This document shows positions 62,276 to 64,000 of a DNA stretch of 64,000 nt, piece after piece. Both the position numbers and the translations under genes were made by a program. The DNA comes from Kiritimatiellia bacterium. GTDB lineage: Bacteria; Verrucomicrobiota; Kiritimatiellia; RFP12; UBA1067. The first letter of the stretch is position 1. Each line of letters opens with the position of its first letter. The notes beneath the pieces were generated by a model, which was not told where the DNA came from, ran no database searches, and worked only from the letters and a program-made list of their open reading frames with translations. The DNA lies in assembly GCA_050949565.1 (NCBI GenBank), contig JBMNFY010000017.1, positions 1,600,001 to 1,664,000 on the forward strand. Reading direction: 5' to 3'.

Positions 62276-63262
62276 ATGCGTGTTGTCTTTATGGGATCTT
62301 CGGACGCGTCGGCGGTCACCTTGCGCGCGCTGCTGCGCGCGCCGCAGGTGAACGTGGTCGGCGTCGTGACCCAGCCGGACCGTCCTTCGGGCCGGCGGCA
62401 ACGCTTCACACCCTGTCCCTGCAAGGCGTTCGCGGTTGAGAGGCAAGTCGAGCCGATCATCACGCCCGAGAAGGTCAATGCGCCCGAAGTCTTGGAGCAA
62501 CTCGAGCAACTCAAGCCTGACGTGATCGTTGTGGTCGCCTTCGGCCAGTTCCTTGGCCGACGGTTGCTGGCGTTGCCGCCGCACGGCTGCATCAACGGCC
62601 ACTTCTCGCTGTTGCCCAAGTATCGGGGCGCCGCGCCGGTTCAGGCGGCCATCGCTTCGGGCGACGAGGTCACCGGCGTAACCGTTATGCAGATGGCGGA
62701 GGGCATGGATGACGGCGACATTCTGCTCAAGGCCATCGAGCCGATCTGCTCGGACGATACTGCGGTCACCCTGATGGAGCGCCTCGCGATCCTCAGCGCC
62801 GTCACGATCGTTAAGGCACTGCGCTTGATGATCGCTGGTACGTTGCCGCGCGAACCGCAGGACCACTCGCAAGCGACCTACGCCCCAAAGATGCGCAAGG
62901 CCGACGGCCAGATCGACTGGTCGTTCCCGGCCAGACTCATCGAACGGTGCACCCGCGCTTTCGAGCCATGGCCCGGTGCGTTCACGTTCTTGCCAGTACG
63001 TATCGACAAGACGGGTGCGCCGGAGCGCATCAAGATCTTGCAGGCGGAGATGGTGAGTAATGAGGAGGTGCCCGGGTTTGAGCAGGCTGCGCCCGGCACG
63101 GTCTGTCTGCTCTCACCGACTGGCCCGGTCGTTGCCACCGGCAACGGCCTGTTGCGTCTGACGGCATTGCAGCCCGACGGCAGCCGCCGCATGGACGGGA
63201 AATCCTTTTTGAACGGCCACCCCATGGAGCCGGGTGACCGCTTTTGTAGTGTGCCGCTGTGA
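62276..63262 (+). CDS. fmt: Methionyl-tRNA formyltransferase
   Basis: MRVVFMG, VVTQPDRPSGR, HFSLLPKYRGAAPVQ, MDDGDI, PWPGA. Confidence 0.95.
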   Translation: MRVVFMGSSDASAVTLRALLRAPQVNVVGVVTQPDRPSGRRQRFTPCPCKAFAVERQVEPIITPEKVNAPEVLEQLEQLKPDVIVVVAFGQFLGRRLLALPPHGCINGHFSLLPKYRGAAPVQAAIASGDEVTGVTVMQMAEGMDDGDILLKAIEPICSDDTAVTLMERLAILSAVTIVKALRLMIAGTLPREPQDHSQATYAPKMRKADGQIDWSFPARLIERCTRAFEPWPGAFTFLPVRIDKTGAPERIKILQAEMVSNEEVPGFEQAAPGTVCLLSPTGPVVATGNGLLRLTALQPDGSRRMDGKSFLNGHPMEPGDRFCSVPL

Positions 63263-63314
63263 GTGCGCGGTGTATGATGACGCTTACTACAACCGAATTA
63301 CGAAGAGAGACAAG

Positions 63315-64000
63315 ATGAAAAAAATACGCATTGAGGCTGTTTTGGTTTCCGTCCTGGGCGCGATTCTGCTAATCAGCGGTTGCGTCACAAATCCCATTAC
63401 CGGCAAACAGCAGTTCAGCCTGTTGCAGGGCGAGAGCGGCAAGAGCCAGCTCATCTCGCTCACCAAGCAGGCGGCACCGTCGCAATTTGCGTCGGACTAT
63501 GGCGAGGTAAGTGATGCGCAGGTTGTCGCCTACGTCAATCAGGTCGGGCGCAAGCTGGTCGCCACCCTCACGCCCGCCGATACCGTCTTTCCGGACATGC
63601 CCTTCAACTTCCATGTGGTCAACGCGGTCTACGTCAACGCCTACGCCTTTCCGGACGGCACGATCGCCATCACGCGCGGCATGTTGGCCGAAATGGAGAA
63701 CGAAGCGCAACTCGCGGCGGTGTTGGGCCATGAGATCGCCCACGTCAACTGCGGCCACACGGCCTCGGCCATGAGCAAGAGTACCGTCTACGACATGTTG
63801 ATTACCGGCACACAGGGATACCTCGCCAGTCAGGGCAGTTCATGGGCGGATCTCGCGGGCACGGCCGGCCAGCTCGGCAGCGCCGTGGTGCTGGCCAGCT
63901 ACAGCCGTGCACAGGAGCGCGAGGCCGACGAGGGCGGCATGCTCTACATGGTGCGCGCCGGCTATGACCCGCAGGGCATGGTGCAATTGCAGCAGTTGCT
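63315..64000 (+). CDS. M48-family metallopeptidase lipoprotein (3'-truncated by the window; not in the ORF track)
   Basis: ATG 63315 MKKIRIEAVLVSVLGAILLISGCVTNPITG; VNAYAFPDG, zincin HEIAH, YSRAQEREAD, AGYDP. Confidence 0.9.
   Translation, partial: MKKIRIEAVLVSVLGAILLISGCVTNPITGKQQFSLLQGESGKSQLISLTKQAAPSQFASDYGEVSDAQVVAYVNQVGRKLVATLTPADTVFPDMPFNFHVVNAVYVNAYAFPDGTIAITRGMLAEMENEAQLAAVLGHEIAHVNCGHTASAMSKSTVYDMLITGTQGYLASQGSSWADLAGTAGQLGSAVVLASYSRAQEREADEGGMLYMVRAGYDPQGMVQLQQL

Noticed and set aside
61091-62872. 593-aa minus-strand ORF
   Set aside because: Antisense shadow of metF and fmt in GC-rich DNA; no recognisable motifs.
1-64000. tRNA, rRNA or riboswitch genes (including a SAM riboswitch before metF)
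   Set aside because: No cloverleaf, rRNA or riboswitch consensus recognised by eye; an Infernal/Rfam scan is needed to exclude them.

Overview
GC-rich bacterial chromosome segment. The gene content (large secreted beta-strand-repeat proteins, glycan catabolism, very repeat-rich intergenic DNA) suggests a PVC-superphylum anaerobe such as Kiritimatiellia, but this is inference only. 1-30 kb is a glycan-utilisation region: four very large secreted repeat proteins, a secreted beta-helix enzyme, an AraC regulator, two sialidase-like BNR proteins, a Na+/solute symporter, a NanA/DapA-family lyase, a CE7-like esterase, an FAD oxidoreductase and fucI. 30-57 kb holds housekeeping and accessory genes: Rrf2-hcp, TatD, FecR-like, PpiD/SurA-like, fetAB, argS, a heavy-metal RND pump, GH29 fucosidase, a low-GC ATPase + TOPRIM putative defence pair, a permease, rhaM and a glycogen debranching enzyme. 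56.7-61.3 kb is an accessory island with two toxin-antitoxin modules, orphan genes and a REP-associated tyrosine transposase (RAYT), punctuated by a non-palindromic repeat (GACA)ACTAAGGGACAGGTATTT. metF, fmt and a truncated M48 peptidase follow. Most notable: (i) the RAYT/repeat locus, where cargo (including a diverged fragment of a RAYT gene and a stutter of CT-ended micro-units) sits at the repeat's CT end, resembling a DNA-capture array; (ii) a shared C-terminal G-[T/M]-(mostly hydrophobic)4-R-stop motif on large secreted proteins with no visible autotransporter barrel; (iii) intergenic-type repeats carried in-frame inside genes, including ahead of signal peptides. About eight frameshifts suggest indel errors in the assembly, so single-base claims need read-level checks. 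No rRNA, tRNA or CRISPR array was seen.
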